64,000 nt of DNA from Octopus vulgaris (Eukaryota), in contig OX597815.1 in the NCBI GenBank assembly GCA_951406725.2, positions 173,104,001 through 173,168,000 of the forward strand. Reading direction: 5' to 3'. This document shows, one piece after another, positions 1 to 12,853 of this stretch. The translations under genes and the position numbers were made by a program. The notes below the pieces were generated by a model, which saw only the letters and a program-made list of their open reading frames with translations, searched no databases and was not told where the DNA came from. The first letter of the stretch is position 1. Every line of letters starts with the position of its first letter.

Positions 1-68
1 TGAGTCCGAAGAATCCAACGCACAACTTCTAGATTACTGATATCATTTCCTACTTGCAGTTCAGATTC
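1..68 (-). CDS. ACTR5: Actin-related protein 5, coding exon 3, runs off the window (ESELQVGNDISNLEVVRWILRT...)
   Basis: catag acceptor at 69-70, phase 0; resembles ARP5 QVGNALGSLEPLRWMLRS. Confidence 0.9.
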
Positions 69-544
69 CTATGTACAATTGAAAATAAAATTTTTTGAAA
101 ATGTATTTCTATAAAATAAAACACATAAGTCAAAAATGTGTGCGTGTGTGTGTATATGTAGATAGACATGTGTGTGTGTAGGAAAACTCAAATCATTTTT
201 CATCAGCAAGAATATATTATTGATGTTTATTTATACTTTTTGTCAATTTGTCACTGGAGATTTTGAATTCAAAATATATAAGGTGCCAAAACAGATTATG
301 TAAGTAATATTCTCTATTTAGAGATACTTAAGGGACATAATGATACCAACTAATAATATTGAATCTATTTCACAACTGCCAACGATATATTATAGTTAGA
401 GCACAACATATATTTAGATGTGATTGTTATAGAGATAAAAACTATTGTTTTGAACAGATACTAAGATATTTTGTCTTCTATAAAATCTTAGTTTTTGAAA
501 TTTAATGAAGTTAAAAAAAAAATTATAGTTTATATAAAAAATAC

Positions 545-633
545 CTTTTTCCCTCTCTGCTTAGCAGTCACGTTTTTGAATATTAACTGAGGTTTATCCA
601 TTGAGGCCCAGCCAGCACGGCATTGATAAGAAC
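545..633 (-). CDS. ACTR5: Actin-related protein 5, coding exon 2 ([30 protein letters not shown])
   Basis: tttcag acceptor and AAG|gtat donor; phase compatible with exon 1; GS-x-Q-x-RAGWA is typical of ARP5. Confidence 0.92.
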
Positions 634-1728
634 CTGAAATATACATGAAAAAAAAAATGCAATTCTCTTTTAGATTGTTCTTTAAATTTCAAAACAATTT
701 CATTTAGCTAATTTTGTATAATGAATAAATCAATCAATAATTATTTATTTCACTCTGATAGGAAAAGTGTCAACTAAACATTAGTCTTTTTCTAAATCTG
801 AGGTATCTACTTTATTGACTCAAAATACAGTAAATTGAAAGTTTATGAATCAAAACAGCTATTCATGAAGTTAAGGAATAATTCTTGCCACTTAGGGAAC
901 TATTTTAGCAAAACAGTGTGACAGTTCAAACAATAGAAAATTTCTCTAAAAAGTTGTGATTTACTGGTAAGTATGCAGCTGCTCAGGAAATTTATGTTGT
1001 TTATTGAAATAAATGCCTCAATCTAGACAATCAGTAAAAAAAAACATACTTAAACATATTTCATTTTGTAAAAGTAATTTTTCAATTATAAAACCAACCA
1101 GTTCACTCACAAGTTTTTTTTTTAAATACTGCTAAACAGAAGTAATCACTGAATTAAAAAAAGCATAAATTATATTAAATCTCAACATAGCAGGAATAGC
1201 GTCAAGTGAGTAGATTCTAACTACTACAAAAATATTTCACTGTTCAGTCCTTCCTTATTTTAAAGATAGAGTATTGAAAGTATAGTAGCAATGTTAGATC
1301 AGAGATTACAAAATTTAGTGTTATAAATATGTGTACAACAAGCCATTGTGACCTGTGTAAGCATGATTAAACAATGAAGATAATGGTGAAAAGAAAAAAC
1401 ACAGAGAATGATGCAATTCATATAACTTATTTTGAGTGAGATTAGCTGTTTGCTTTATTCATTAAACAATTCCTCAAAGATCTAGAGTTTCTACCATTTC
1501 AATGGAGACCTATTTTTCTTCCGGTATATTTATGGTTTTGCAAAAAGGAAAACTGGAAGAGTGTACAGTGAATAAACATTTACAAGTTTAACCGAAGGAC
1601 TGTCAGAGAGATAATATTCATAGAAACACCAAGTCATCTAGTATGTAATGGATTGGTTGACTCGAAAAATTCAGTTTATATCAAACCAGATAAAAGGAAA
1701 TGTTTATAAAATTAAATTGAAACCATAC

Positions 1729-1858
1729 CATTATCAATAACCAATGGAATAGCACTTTCTCTCAATCCTGAAGGATATGTGTAAACAGAGTCTGGTACTG
1801 GGCGATCATCTTTAAATGAAAAAACATTCTCTTCCTCCTCTTCTTCATCAGCAGACAT
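1729..1858 (-). CDS. ACTR5: Actin-related protein 5, coding exon 1 (MSADEEEEEENVFSFKDDRPVPDSVYTYPSGLRESAIPLVIDN|G)
   Basis: Manual translation from ATG at 1858; ends in the actin-fold motif PLVIDNG with phase-1 donor G|gtatgg; resembles the ARP5 N-terminus (NVFPFRD...PLVLDNG). Confidence 0.9.
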
Positions 1859-2104
1859 TCTCAGTTATAAGCTTAAAAAGATATTTGAACTAATCAACAG
1901 GGCATAAATTTTTACAAACTTATAAAACAAAAAAATGAATTAAAAATATACAATTAAAGTAGTATATGTGATAACAAGTTTTACAGTACAGAAGTAAATG
2001 AGATTTCTTTTATCATGAGAAATGTGAGATATTCTTAATATATATAACTATGCTGCAGAATGTTCTTCACAATGTTCTTAGATATTCTAGTATTCAAATA
2101 TATA

Positions 2105-3264
2105 TTGGGTCATCTCATGATCAAATGACCAAATAATGCAGATTTTTTATACTTCCTTTATTTTTCAAAATTAAGATAAATTTCTTTTTTAATCTAAAAT
2201 ATACTATCATTTTTTTTACAATGATCTTCCAGCTATCTGGTAGACTTGCAAAGCACTTCTTCCAAAATTCACTTGTTCGTGACAAAAAATATTCCTCCAG
2301 TACTGTTCTGACCTCATTTACAGAATTTATACTTTTTCTGTCCAAATGATTTTGAAGACTATGGAATAAATGATAATCAGATGGGGCAATGTCCAGCAAA
2401 TATGGTGGGTGGGGCATCGTTTCCCATTCAAACTGTTCCAGCCTTTGGAATGTCATTCTCGCTGTATGTAGCCAAGCATTATCTTGATGGAAGAACACTT
2501 TTCATCTTGAAACCAAAGATGGTTGTTTTTCTTCTAGGGCTGACTTAAGCTGCTTGTAGTCGATCTCCTTTGTTATTGTTTGGTTTGGGTTTAAAAATTT
2601 AAAGTGGACTAAACCTTTCACATCCCACTAAACAGATAACAGCACCTTACATGGGTGAAGACCTTCTTTAGCCTAGGGTGCCAGTGTTTCTCCTTTCCCT
2701 ACCCACTGTCTTCGGCACTTGACAGTTTTATAGAGAACCTATTTCTTGTCACCAGTCACTATTCGGTCAAAAAAAGGTTCATTTGTGAGTCAAGATAGCA
2801 AAGAAGAGCACATGTTCACTCTCTGCATGTGATTAGACTCGGAAAGTTTGTGAGGAACCCATTGACCTAATTTGCTGACTTTTCCAATGGCACACAGGTG
2901 TCAATGAATGGTTGAATGACCAAATTCAAGCTTCTCTGCTAGTTCCTCAACAGTTACGATGGGATTTTGATCCAGCAGGGTTTGCAGGACGTCTTTGTTG
3001 AGCTCATCTTCTAGGCTTTAGTTTCTCAGAATTTCTAGAACCACCGTTGGCACTGGTTTACACTTACTGTCCGATCCTCAAACTGGATTAATATTCCTTG
3101 TACTTTCTGTTGTGTTGTTACCTTTATTTAACTCATAAAGCAATAAGAATAAACCCAAGGTAAAATTATTACCTGCTCTTATAGCAAGGTGATGCAGGTA
3201 ATTTATCCCATCCCCCTCTGACTTTTAATTGATGCAATAGAAAAAAGCCCCACATTATTTATGG
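2105..3264 (-). mobile_element. Degenerate mariner (DD34D) transposon, family A copy 1
   Basis: ORF 2121-2498 reads FHQDNA...HPPY..DIAPSDYHLF with 34 aa between the two Asp; TA|TTGGGTCATC terminus; other end lost in a microsatellite; same family as the copies at 23926 and 62845. Confidence 0.9.
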
Positions 3265-3360
3265 TGTGTGTGTGTTTATGTACATACATATATACATATG
3301 TGTGTGTGTGTGTATGTATGAATACATGTGTATAAATATATGTGTGTGGGTGTGTGTATA
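3265..3360. repeat. (TG)/(TA) compound microsatellite
   Basis: Direct inspection. Confidence 0.85.
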
Positions 3361-6269
3361 AGAGAATTACAATAAGGAGATTAATACATCTGCACATTTT
3401 TATTTTTACAGTCAATTACACAACATATTTAAATCTGTCCTACATATGTTTCTACTGCATAGAATTTTAAGGTGAGACTAGCAAATCATTTAGTTTCATT
3501 TAAGGATAGAGAGCATAATATAGAACATAAGCTTAAGTGGGTTTATCTGGTCCCTAAAGGATAGAATCACTAACTTTAATATAGAATTGGAAATAATAGG
3601 CAGGGCAGAGCCTTATGTAATCAGAGGGGGAAAATGCAAGAAGAGATATTCTGTATTTTCACATCAACACACCAGTTACTAAATAATAAGCAAGAACTAG
3701 TCCTAAGGTGTCAGCACCGTTACAAAAAGGCATTAAAAAACTTTCAGAGAAAGGGTTTTTAATTAGGTAAGCACCTTGTACTAGAGTTACATAGCAAATA
3801 TCTAGTTTGCCTATATCCTAGTAGTAATTAGTATTCTCCAGATGTAAAACTCCAAATATGAAATAACTTACTACTTATCTAGGATGACAAAATCTACATG
3901 TAGATTTAAACTTGATTTATAAAATAAAGATTTGGATTGATCTTATAAGTAAGTTCTACCTATTTCATATCTCTAAATATATCTGACTTAGTGACCCATA
4001 ATTGTACACATATCTCTCTGAAACTCATTAATTTGTAATTTACCTAAGGCTACTAATTGAAATATACTCTGACCTAATTTAGGATCTAGTACCTATGATT
4101 CAAAATTCAAACCTGGGTCCTTATAGGATCAACCTGATGTTTTTATAGCTGTATCAGATCCTTAAACGTTCCTCTCACATTCTTTGCACTCAAACACTAT
4201 ATTATATTTAATAGTCCCCTATTAAATATAATACCAGCTAAAACAACAAACTCTAAGTTCACTTCAAACCAAGACAGTGGTTGAACCTAGAATAAAGCTG
4301 CATAGACTATTAACCAGATGAATGAAACTGGCAGCAAATGCAATTGCTAGACATCTATACAGCAGGAACATATTTCAGACAGATTTAAATTGAATATGCT
4401 GTGTAATTATCTGTAAAAATAGAAAATGTACAAATGTATTAATCTCCATATTCATTGTAATTCTCTTGGCTGTATACTCTGTTAACTATCATAATCCAAT
4501 GAAGCAAACCCAGGATTTACTCATTGGGTGAAATACATTTGGATCGCTTAGTTTAAATAATCCTAGATGTTTCTTACCACTTGTTATGGTTAGCCATAAC
4601 TTAGATTATAACTCAGTGTTTGAACAGTACCTGCCAGAATATATCCCTATCTATTCTCTCCCTCTCTCTCATATATGTGTGTGTGTAATCATAATTTTGT
4701 CCCATGCACTGTATATCAAAATGTGTGTGTGTATATATATATATCTCATTATTGCTTAGTCCTATGGATAGTGAAGTTAGGCCTCCTAGTGATATATTTA
4801 AAACTATTGCTGTAACATCAGGTGTTACAAAACTCACTGAGTAGAAGGCTCTTTTAATAGACATATATATTAGATAACTCATTATTACACAGACCAGTAA
4901 ACAACTATAACTATCACTTATAGAACGTTTTCTGCAGTTCGTTATTCATTATTTATTTTTAACGGCAGACACCCTCTAAGTCAACTCTGGACAAACTAAT
5001 GTTGAAAGGTATTCTAAATGTACCCGCTCATCTTTTTATTGTTAACTACATCATCTATTAGGTCCTTCTTTATGACAGTAGAAAAAGATTTGTTTGCTAC
5101 TTCTAGCGGGTTTTCATAGAGGCTCCTTCGCTGCTCATATAAAGGGAAAATTGATGTTATCGCTTTTGTTTTGCATGCAGCTCTGCACATTAATACAAAT
5201 TGCATAGCTGTCTAAAATACGAAATCTGAAAATACAAGAATATCGTTTTGAGTCTACTTTTTTTTTTTTTACAATAACGACTTATTTACCACCTGAATAC
5301 CTTCCATTAATAAACAAAAGAGGGGATTTGGTGTAATAAATAATTCTTTTAAAAGCACAATGTATAAGTGAAAAGAAATGGGATGATGACTTTCCAAGGA
5401 TAATAACGGCTTAAATGAAACCGGCTTAGTATTAAGCGAGGTACTGTACTTGAGTAAAACTAATGCATTTTTATTAATGAATAATCTATCAGAAATGGGA
5501 GATAAAGTTGTTGTGTATAAATATTAGTATAAGTTTTTATATAACAATTCCGACATACCAAAATTGACAAATTCGATTTAAATGTGTATAGTGACTAAAT
5601 TTTGTATACAGGAAAGATAACTAGATCTCAGATGAACGTTAGAGTTATTCAAATTATCTAATCCATGCATTAAAAATAAGAACGCTAATAAAATGTATAT
5701 TTAACTAAAAAATTTAAGTAAACACTATTTCAGAAAAATTTAGGTATACAAAAAAACTATTTTTACCTTCCGCTGCAACTCAGAAAAAGCGATAGACAGA
5801 CATGACACTATACAATTTATACCTCCACATAAGAGAGTTCTATTGATGGTAGAAGTGTTAGAAGGTTTTAAATTTATAATTGTTGATATTATTATGCTGC
5901 TTAGTTGTTTAATGTATTGAGGTAACATTTAAAGCATTCTTGCAAAAGTCTGCTCTCTAACAAACCTTGGGGCAATGTTTAAAAGCAATTATTTACCATT
6001 ACCAAAACATTTCCATCAAAACGGTGCCTGCTTATTTATATTACTATAGTAAATTTTATCCACAACTTTTATATAGTCGAAATAAATATCCTTTTTATCT
6101 AGACAGTTTCAAATCTTTTCTCAAGTTATTTCAAGTCAACAAAAAATGCCAGCAATATCCTGAATTTGGTAATTTTGCAACTCACCTTTGCAAAGAATTC
6201 TAGCCAACTAGAGCCTCTACTCAGTGTTGCTCAAGTTGGGGCCTAACTCAAGTTGGATGTAACACTATT

Positions 6270-6370
6270 TGGGTGGAGTAAGTCGGCGGGAATTGTTAGC
6301 ACGCTGGGCAAAATTCTCGGCAGCATTTCATCCATCTTTACATTCTGAGTTCAAATTCCGCCGAGGTCGA
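6270..6370 (+). mobile_element. 5' part of a tRNA-derived SINE, interrupted
   Basis: ...tttacattctgagttcaaattccgccgaggtcga, shared with copies at 58424 and 59476; B-box-like GTTCAAATTCC. Confidence 0.7.
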
Positions 6371-6382
6371 TTCCAAATTTTT

Positions 6383-6815
6383 GGCAATACTTCCGCCCGT
6401 CCCCGACCCCCGAAAACAACCCTTAAAAAAAAGGGGGAGGTCGACACAACCCACCCCCTTTTCGACTACGGGAAATACGAATCTGTAAAAAAATTGGCCA
6501 AAATCGGCATTTTAAATATACAACCTCCCACATCCATTTCCTTCATTTTTTCACTTTTTTCAGATTTTTTTTTTCAAAATATGCAGGAAAATGCGGAGAT
6601 TATGATTCTGAAAAAAATTTCCAAAACTTTTTGTAAAATGTTTTTTTAAGAACTTGTTTTTTTTTTCTAAATATGCGGGAAAATACGGACATTATGATTC
6701 GGACAAAAATTTCAAAACATTTCTGTAGTTAGGGTTAGGGTTTTATCAAAAAAAAATTTTTTTAATAAACAAAATTGGGTGAAAATGGCGGGGGGGGGGG
6801 GGCGGAAGTCTTTCC
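6383..6815. mobile_element. MITE-like element with ~16-bp TIR, internal ~85-bp tandem duplication and TTAGGG hexamers
   Basis: Left end ggcaatacttccgccc versus right end gggcggaagtctttcc; two copies of aaatatgc(a/g)ggaaaat..gga.attatgattc.ga.aaaaattt; gttagggttagggtt at ~6728; right end repeated at ~7600-7665. Confidence 0.55.
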
Positions 6816-7719
6816 AGCAACAGAATATTAGCAGTAGACTTCAACTGATGACTTTAGTGCAGGGAGTCCCATAGGTTTCACCCTCTCCTTAAAATTACTA
6901 ACCTTATGCCAAAATTAGAAAAGAATCTTAAATCATTCATCGTGATATATTCATGAATACATTAAGTGTAGAAAGAGTCGTGATTTTCAGTATAAGTGAA
7001 TATCAAGGAGTTGTGGTTTAGTAAGTAAAAAAAAAAGTCTATTAAATTACATTTTAGAGATTAGAGAAATGGTGACAAGTGTGTCTTTGTAAATGAAGTC
7101 TTTATTATTACTTTGAGAAGAAAGCATTTCCATCTTAATTGCTGAGCACTCGGAACAAGACCCAGCTTTAGGTTACAATTTCTGATTGAGCAGATGTTAA
7201 GATGGTCAAATGTGATGAAAGTGTCGTTTTGTTTTTCGGACTTCATACCTATGAAACCAAAATTTCAACAATTTGGGCGGTGTAGGTGTCTGTCTGTTTT
7301 GGTTTTTCAAACCTGATTTTAAATTCTTTCTATGAAAAATCGGCTTTCCTACACGTATACTCGCTCACGAATTTGTTGCCTCATAACTTCCAGGAATGAA
7401 AATTTCTACAAATATGCCTCAAATGGTGTAGATTCCGATTATATTACAATTTGTGGTGGAATTTTTTTTTTTCCGAGAGTAGAGTGAAAAGTTTCGGAAA
7501 ATTCACTTTAGTCAGTATTCTTCACTCATAGGGGCAATTTTTTTGCAATGCCGATTTTTGGCAATTTTCCGGAACCTCCGTATTCGAAAACGAGGGGTTT
7601 TAGCCAAAAAATGTTTTTAAATAAACAAATTTGGGAGAAAATGGAAGGGGGGGGGGGGTCTTTCCCTGTTGTTTACTAGAACACTCTAATTGACAATGAT
7701 TCAGCCCGCTTGTCAGAAA

Positions 7720-8240
7720 TATATTTCTTTACTACTCACAAGGGGCTAAACACAGAGGGGACAAACAAACGGATTAAGTCGATTACATCGACCTCAGTGC
7801 GTAACTGGTACTTAATTTATCGACCCCGAAAGGATGAAAGGCACGAAAGGGTATTTTCCGAGCCCCCTCCCCACGCCCCCGCTTGTCAGCGCGCATTTTT
7901 TTCTCGATATTTGTTGTATACACATTGCATGAGAAGTAGAAGTATTTAGACGGTTTCTGTTGCGCTCCTGCGACCGGGCGTTGAGGTTTATTGCTCGGAT
8001 CCTCTACGGTTGATCGTGGGAATTTTCCGAGCCCCCTCCCTACCCCACCCCCACCCCCGTATGTCAGCGCGCTTTTTTTTCGTCATATTCCTTCAATATA
8101 CGATGCCTTACACATATTTTTTTCCATTTTTGCCACCTGGGCGTGGATCTATATATTAACGGAATTTGAACTCGGAACGTAACAGCAGACGAAATACGGC
8201 TACGCATTGCGCCCGGCGTGCTAACGTTTCTGCCAGCTCA
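7720..8240 (-). mobile_element. tRNA-derived SINE split by a ~310-bp GC-rich insert (7844-8157)
   Basis: 8158-8240 is the SINE head (gagctggcagaaacgttagcacgccggg... on minus) and 7720-7843 the tail; insert carries two copies of ttttccgagccccctccc...tgtcagcgcgc. Confidence 0.7.
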
Positions 8241-10730
8241 GAAATAGGTAACAGTTCATCCCAGAATATTACCTGTCATCAACAAACACCTTATCCTATT
8301 AAAAATTTATCGCTCATCCTCTTCACGGAGTTCCTACTTTGTCACTCAACCTGCTAACATAGCACCCTAATATATATTTAAAATATTATCTTACAATCTT
8401 GCATATGTGAATGTGTTTGTCTTCATATGTCTTCCCACTGACACCACTTGGGTAATAGTTACGTTTGTTTATATTCGGCAACTCAGTAGTTCAACATACA
8501 AAGACCAGTGAAACACCTTACCTGAAAAACAAGGCAGGGCATCTAGCCATATCTCAAGAAATCTTGTCCAATCTATGGAAAAGTAGACGTAACAATGACC
8601 ATAAAGGATTGGTTTGAACATTTTATCCTTACAACCTTTATAAAGAAACCATATCTCTATAGAATGTGGAATTTGAAATGTCTATAGAATCAAGAATCCA
8701 CATTGAAAATGTAATATCTTGCTCTCGGAAACCAAATTATTTCTTCCAGATCATCCTTCATGTAAGCCCACAAATGTAGTTTGATTATTTATAATGCAGA
8801 AAACAGTCTTTCAACACTGATTTGGGTGGATGGTATTGCTATTACACCTCTAACTACATCACTAAAAACCTTTGTTTAAGAAGGAATGACTTCTATTGTC
8901 ATTTTGATGAGCAGTCATACTTTTCCTCTGCCAGTATTCAGCGTTTTTTTTTTAAATATATAGTGGAAATTCTTTAAATAAAAAATCAAGCAGTTGTTTT
9001 CTGAGTTTAAATAATGTTGCTTTAAGTTTTTCGTTTTGTTAAGATATTCTTTAAAGTTTCATGCTTCACTTGACGCGTTCTGCTTTAAAGCATATTTAGA
9101 CACAAAACATCCTCGACTACATGAGCCACCCAACAAATTGACAAAGTCACTAAGTGACACGATTCAGTCTCTGGTCAACAGGCATTGTTACACGTTCATA
9201 TCTATATGTATACGTTTTGTCAACTGCTATTATAATGGCTTCTGTTCCTCAGACCGAGCTAGACTCATGTTGCCTCCACTCAGGCATTCCTGCCTTTTAG
9301 TGAGTGAGTCCCCATTTGGTCTTGCAATAATCAGTGCATCCAGTCCTTCCTTTCAAGAGTGTCTTACATTCCGGAATTCACCACCGCCATCTGTGCTCAT
9401 ACCTTCCATACAGATGTTGATTTACAAATGTTAGGGAGGAATATTAATGACATTGGTCAAGCCAATTTAGGAAAGCCTGCAAAAGCTGTGCACCTCCACT
9501 TCTTCAGACCAGTCAGTTTAAAAGGGAATAAATACTGAGGTTGGAAGGTACAAAGAAAATGATGGTGTCTAGCATTAAAATATTAGCCGTTACCTGAATT
9601 ATGCATTGTCATTTTTGTAAAGTGGAATTCGTTTAGTTTTGATATTCAAAATTACAATGTATAAAACGTTCCTGATATGTGTGTGTTTAATCAACACTAA
9701 TAAGACTAAAATGAAAGCGGATGCTTCAGATTAGATACTTGAATATATGACCCTTTTAAAATGGAAAATGTTTCAACACCCGCATAAGTATCGAAAACCA
9801 TGAATATAAAGAGAATTTATATGAAATATAAGGTTATTAGCTTTGATACTTCTACTATTAGTAATTGTTAAATATTGTTACTTTATAGTATTTTTTACGT
9901 AATGTATCTACTTTCGCAAATCCATTCATCTATTTTGAATTTCAATTCAAAATAATCCTTTGCAATTGTTCGTTAACATTGAATGTCACAAAATCATGTA
10001 AATATAGTCTATGTAAACGCGTCGGTTTTTTTCGTTTTTTTTCGTTTTTTAAGCATAGGACAAGGGAGGCTACTCTTAAGAGTTTAAAATGCTATCTTTT
10101 ACTTGACTTTGCTGTGAGAGAGATTTTTTTTTGGCATCACACAACTGAGCTGGTAGCTTGCAGTTCATTGGGTACTCTGCTACCAAGTTATTTTTTTGCC
10201 TCTTCTTACATTATAAGTTGACAGCTAACTGTGGAGTGAAATGTGACAAATTCTAAACTGAAAACAATTTCCTTCTCAAAAGACCATAATAATAATATGT
10301 ATACAATATTACTGAAAGACCTTTTGTAATAGAGGCGCCCAGTTTCGTTTCCTCTCTCCTATATAGTTTTTTTCTGTCTACCTTTTTTTTTTGTGCATTG
10401 CCTCTTCCTTGTAACCAGGAGGAAGGGACAATGCTCATAAACTACACAGGTCCTCAGAGATTGATTCAACTGATATTCAAATTGACAATATATAAGCTGA
10501 TGTCCACATGAAAAGGGAATTCCAGAGGGAATTGAGAAACAGTGGGGCCAATGTTTCAGGTGGCAGTGGTATGCAATTAGCTGGTTCAGAGAAGCTGAGA
10601 CCATGAAGGGAGCAACAGAGGCTAGAGATTATGTGTTGGGAGTAAATCTTTGCCAATCAGCCAGGTGGCCTTCTTTTGGATGCAATCGTGTTGTATTAAA
10701 GGAAGGGGGTGAAGAATGGTATAATCTACA

Positions 10731-11052
10731 CTGGAGATTCTCAACCATTTTTTACTTATGGACCAGTTTGATTACTATTTTATTTTGGTGGATCCCCATA
10801 ACCATTCAATGTTTAAAAACTAGTTTTATAGAAACATCTTTCAAAATTCCTATTTTGTTTTTCACACATTAACTTGTTGAAATATGTAAAATGTTAGAGA
10901 AATAAACCTGGCTATTTCTTGCAATACATACCAATATATACAGCTAAATCAAAATTTTTTCAGGGCCCTTAAAAAACTATTGTGGATCCCCAATTTACTC
11001 TTTTGTTGTGGACCTAAAAAAATCTTATATGGACCCTGTTTGAGAACCACTG
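10731..11052. mobile_element. Possible hAT-type MITE
   Basis: Degenerate inverted ends (ctggagattctcaacc / tttgagaaccactg) and similar flanks atctacac / atctatgc. Confidence 0.4.
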
Positions 11053-11953
11053 ATCTATGCAGAAGTAGGCATTGATAGTAAGTTTTTTTACTGTACATAA
11101 CTTAAGAGAGTCTATGAGCCACAACCAAACCATGAGTGCACACAGTAGTTGATGGAGTGTTGGTTATATAGTGGCCCATCCACATATGGTATCATCTGAC
11201 AAGAAGCCTCCAATCTAAAGGCAGACAGCTTAACTAGAATCAACATTGGTATCATTTTGTATTTCAACAAAACATTAATGTCTGTTTATTTCTCATTTAT
11301 TAATTAGCACTTTGACTTTTGCTATGATGTGCTCTAGACTTCAAACCATTCTTGCAGGTTTGAACATTTTTATGAATCTCTGATAGATTCTGAAATGATT
11401 TTATAACCTCATACACAATAAAAATTTCTGACTCCTGTGTTACCTCAAAATAGAGGTCTGTAAACAGACCTCTGGTGAACAACTTCCTTTAGATTATTAA
11501 GATACCTTGTCAAGGGTCTTTTCTAAGTCAAATATTGATGACAGTAGGAGATTGTTGTTTTTTTAAAGAACTTTTACAGTTGTCACAGCAGGAAAACAGC
11601 ATCCATTCATCTCATCTCAACTCTCTTGCACTAAAACAACTATAATTCTCAAAAAAATGTTCCATCAGCCTGAGAATTCTGAAATGCATTTTTTTTCTTT
11701 CTGCACCATTAACTGAATAAGTAAGTAATCTCATTAACAAACAAGAAAACACCTTCATATCCTGTGCCTTTGGTATCTCAACAACTGTTCCTGATAGTCA
11801 TGCAGTTTTCGTCTGACTATAATTTTAATAATTTTGGGTATTGATACTGAAAATTGTATGGATCATCCTATTGTTATGTCTGAAGCTCTGTGTAATCCAA
11901 ATTATTGCAGACAATGTAAGAAATATTTGATTAATCAATTTATTTTCAATAGC

Positions 11954-12100
11954 TGCAGGCATGGCTGTGTGGTTAGGAAGCTTGCTTTCTAGCTATATGG
12001 TTTCGGCTTCAGTCCCACTACTTGACACTTTGGGCAAGTGTCTTCTGCTATAGCCTCAGGTCAACCGGAGCCTTGCTATTGAATTTGGTAGGCGGAAGTT
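11954..12100 (+). mobile_element. tRNA-derived SINE, 5' portion
   Basis: A-box-like tggctgtgtgg, B-box-like gcttcagtccc, core ttgggcaagtgtcttctgctatagcc. Confidence 0.75.
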
Positions 12101-12547
12101 ATAATGATGTGTGTAAGTGCTTGTGCATCCTATCAGCTTTTTTTTTTCATATTACCAATTTAAATGATCTTTTTCAAAATTGTATTTTATTTACAGGAAA
12201 AGCTATGAAGGCATCCTATTATTCAGTGATATTAATTTTAATTGCAAAAGCTTAGAGTGACAGGTAGAGGAAAAGAGACATGTTTTGCACAGAATTTAAG
12301 TATATAGTTGCAAAAAGTTGAAAAATTGAGTTTTTCTGGGTTACTGCATGTGTTTCTACACATACATCATAACAATAGTTCACCAACACAAATAACTTTT
12401 AACATATTAACACAAGTCAACACTCACATTTATACAAAACTTATTCTAATGAATTCAAAAGGGTTGCAGCTCCATTATAAACCTCCAGGCAAAACAAAAC
12501 AAGCAAACAGTTAAAATATTTTACATAGTGAACAGTAATTTCAAATC

Positions 12548-12853
12548 ATGAAAAAGCACCATCTGAACGTGGCTGATGCCAGTGCGTCCTGACTGGCTCC
12601 TGTGCCAGTGGCACATAAAAGGCACTATCTGAACATGATTGATGCCAGGCCTGCCTGACAGGCTCCTGTGCTGTTGGCATGTAAAAAGCAGCCACTACAC
12701 TTTCGGAGTGGTTGGCGTTAGGAAGGGCATCCAGCTGTAGAAACATTGCCAGATCAGATTGGAACCTGGTGCAGCTGCTGGCTCTCTAGACTTCAGTCAA
12801 ACCGGCCAACCCATGCCAGCATGGAAAACGGATGTTAAACGATGATGATGATG
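12548..12853 (+). mobile_element. RTE-type LINE 3' tail with ~65-bp internal tandem units and (GAT)n end
   Basis: Homologous to the 3' end of the RTE at 46351-48478 (ggaagggcatccagctgtagaaac...gttaaacgatgatgatg). Confidence 0.8.

Noticed and set aside
6728-6742. Telomere or interstitial telomeric array
   Set aside because: Only about 2.5 TTAGGG units, inside a MITE-like element
9036-9434. 132-aa ORF and the many other 60-140 aa ORFs in the track
   Set aside because: No recognisable domains; most overlap repeats or microsatellites or are antisense to real exons
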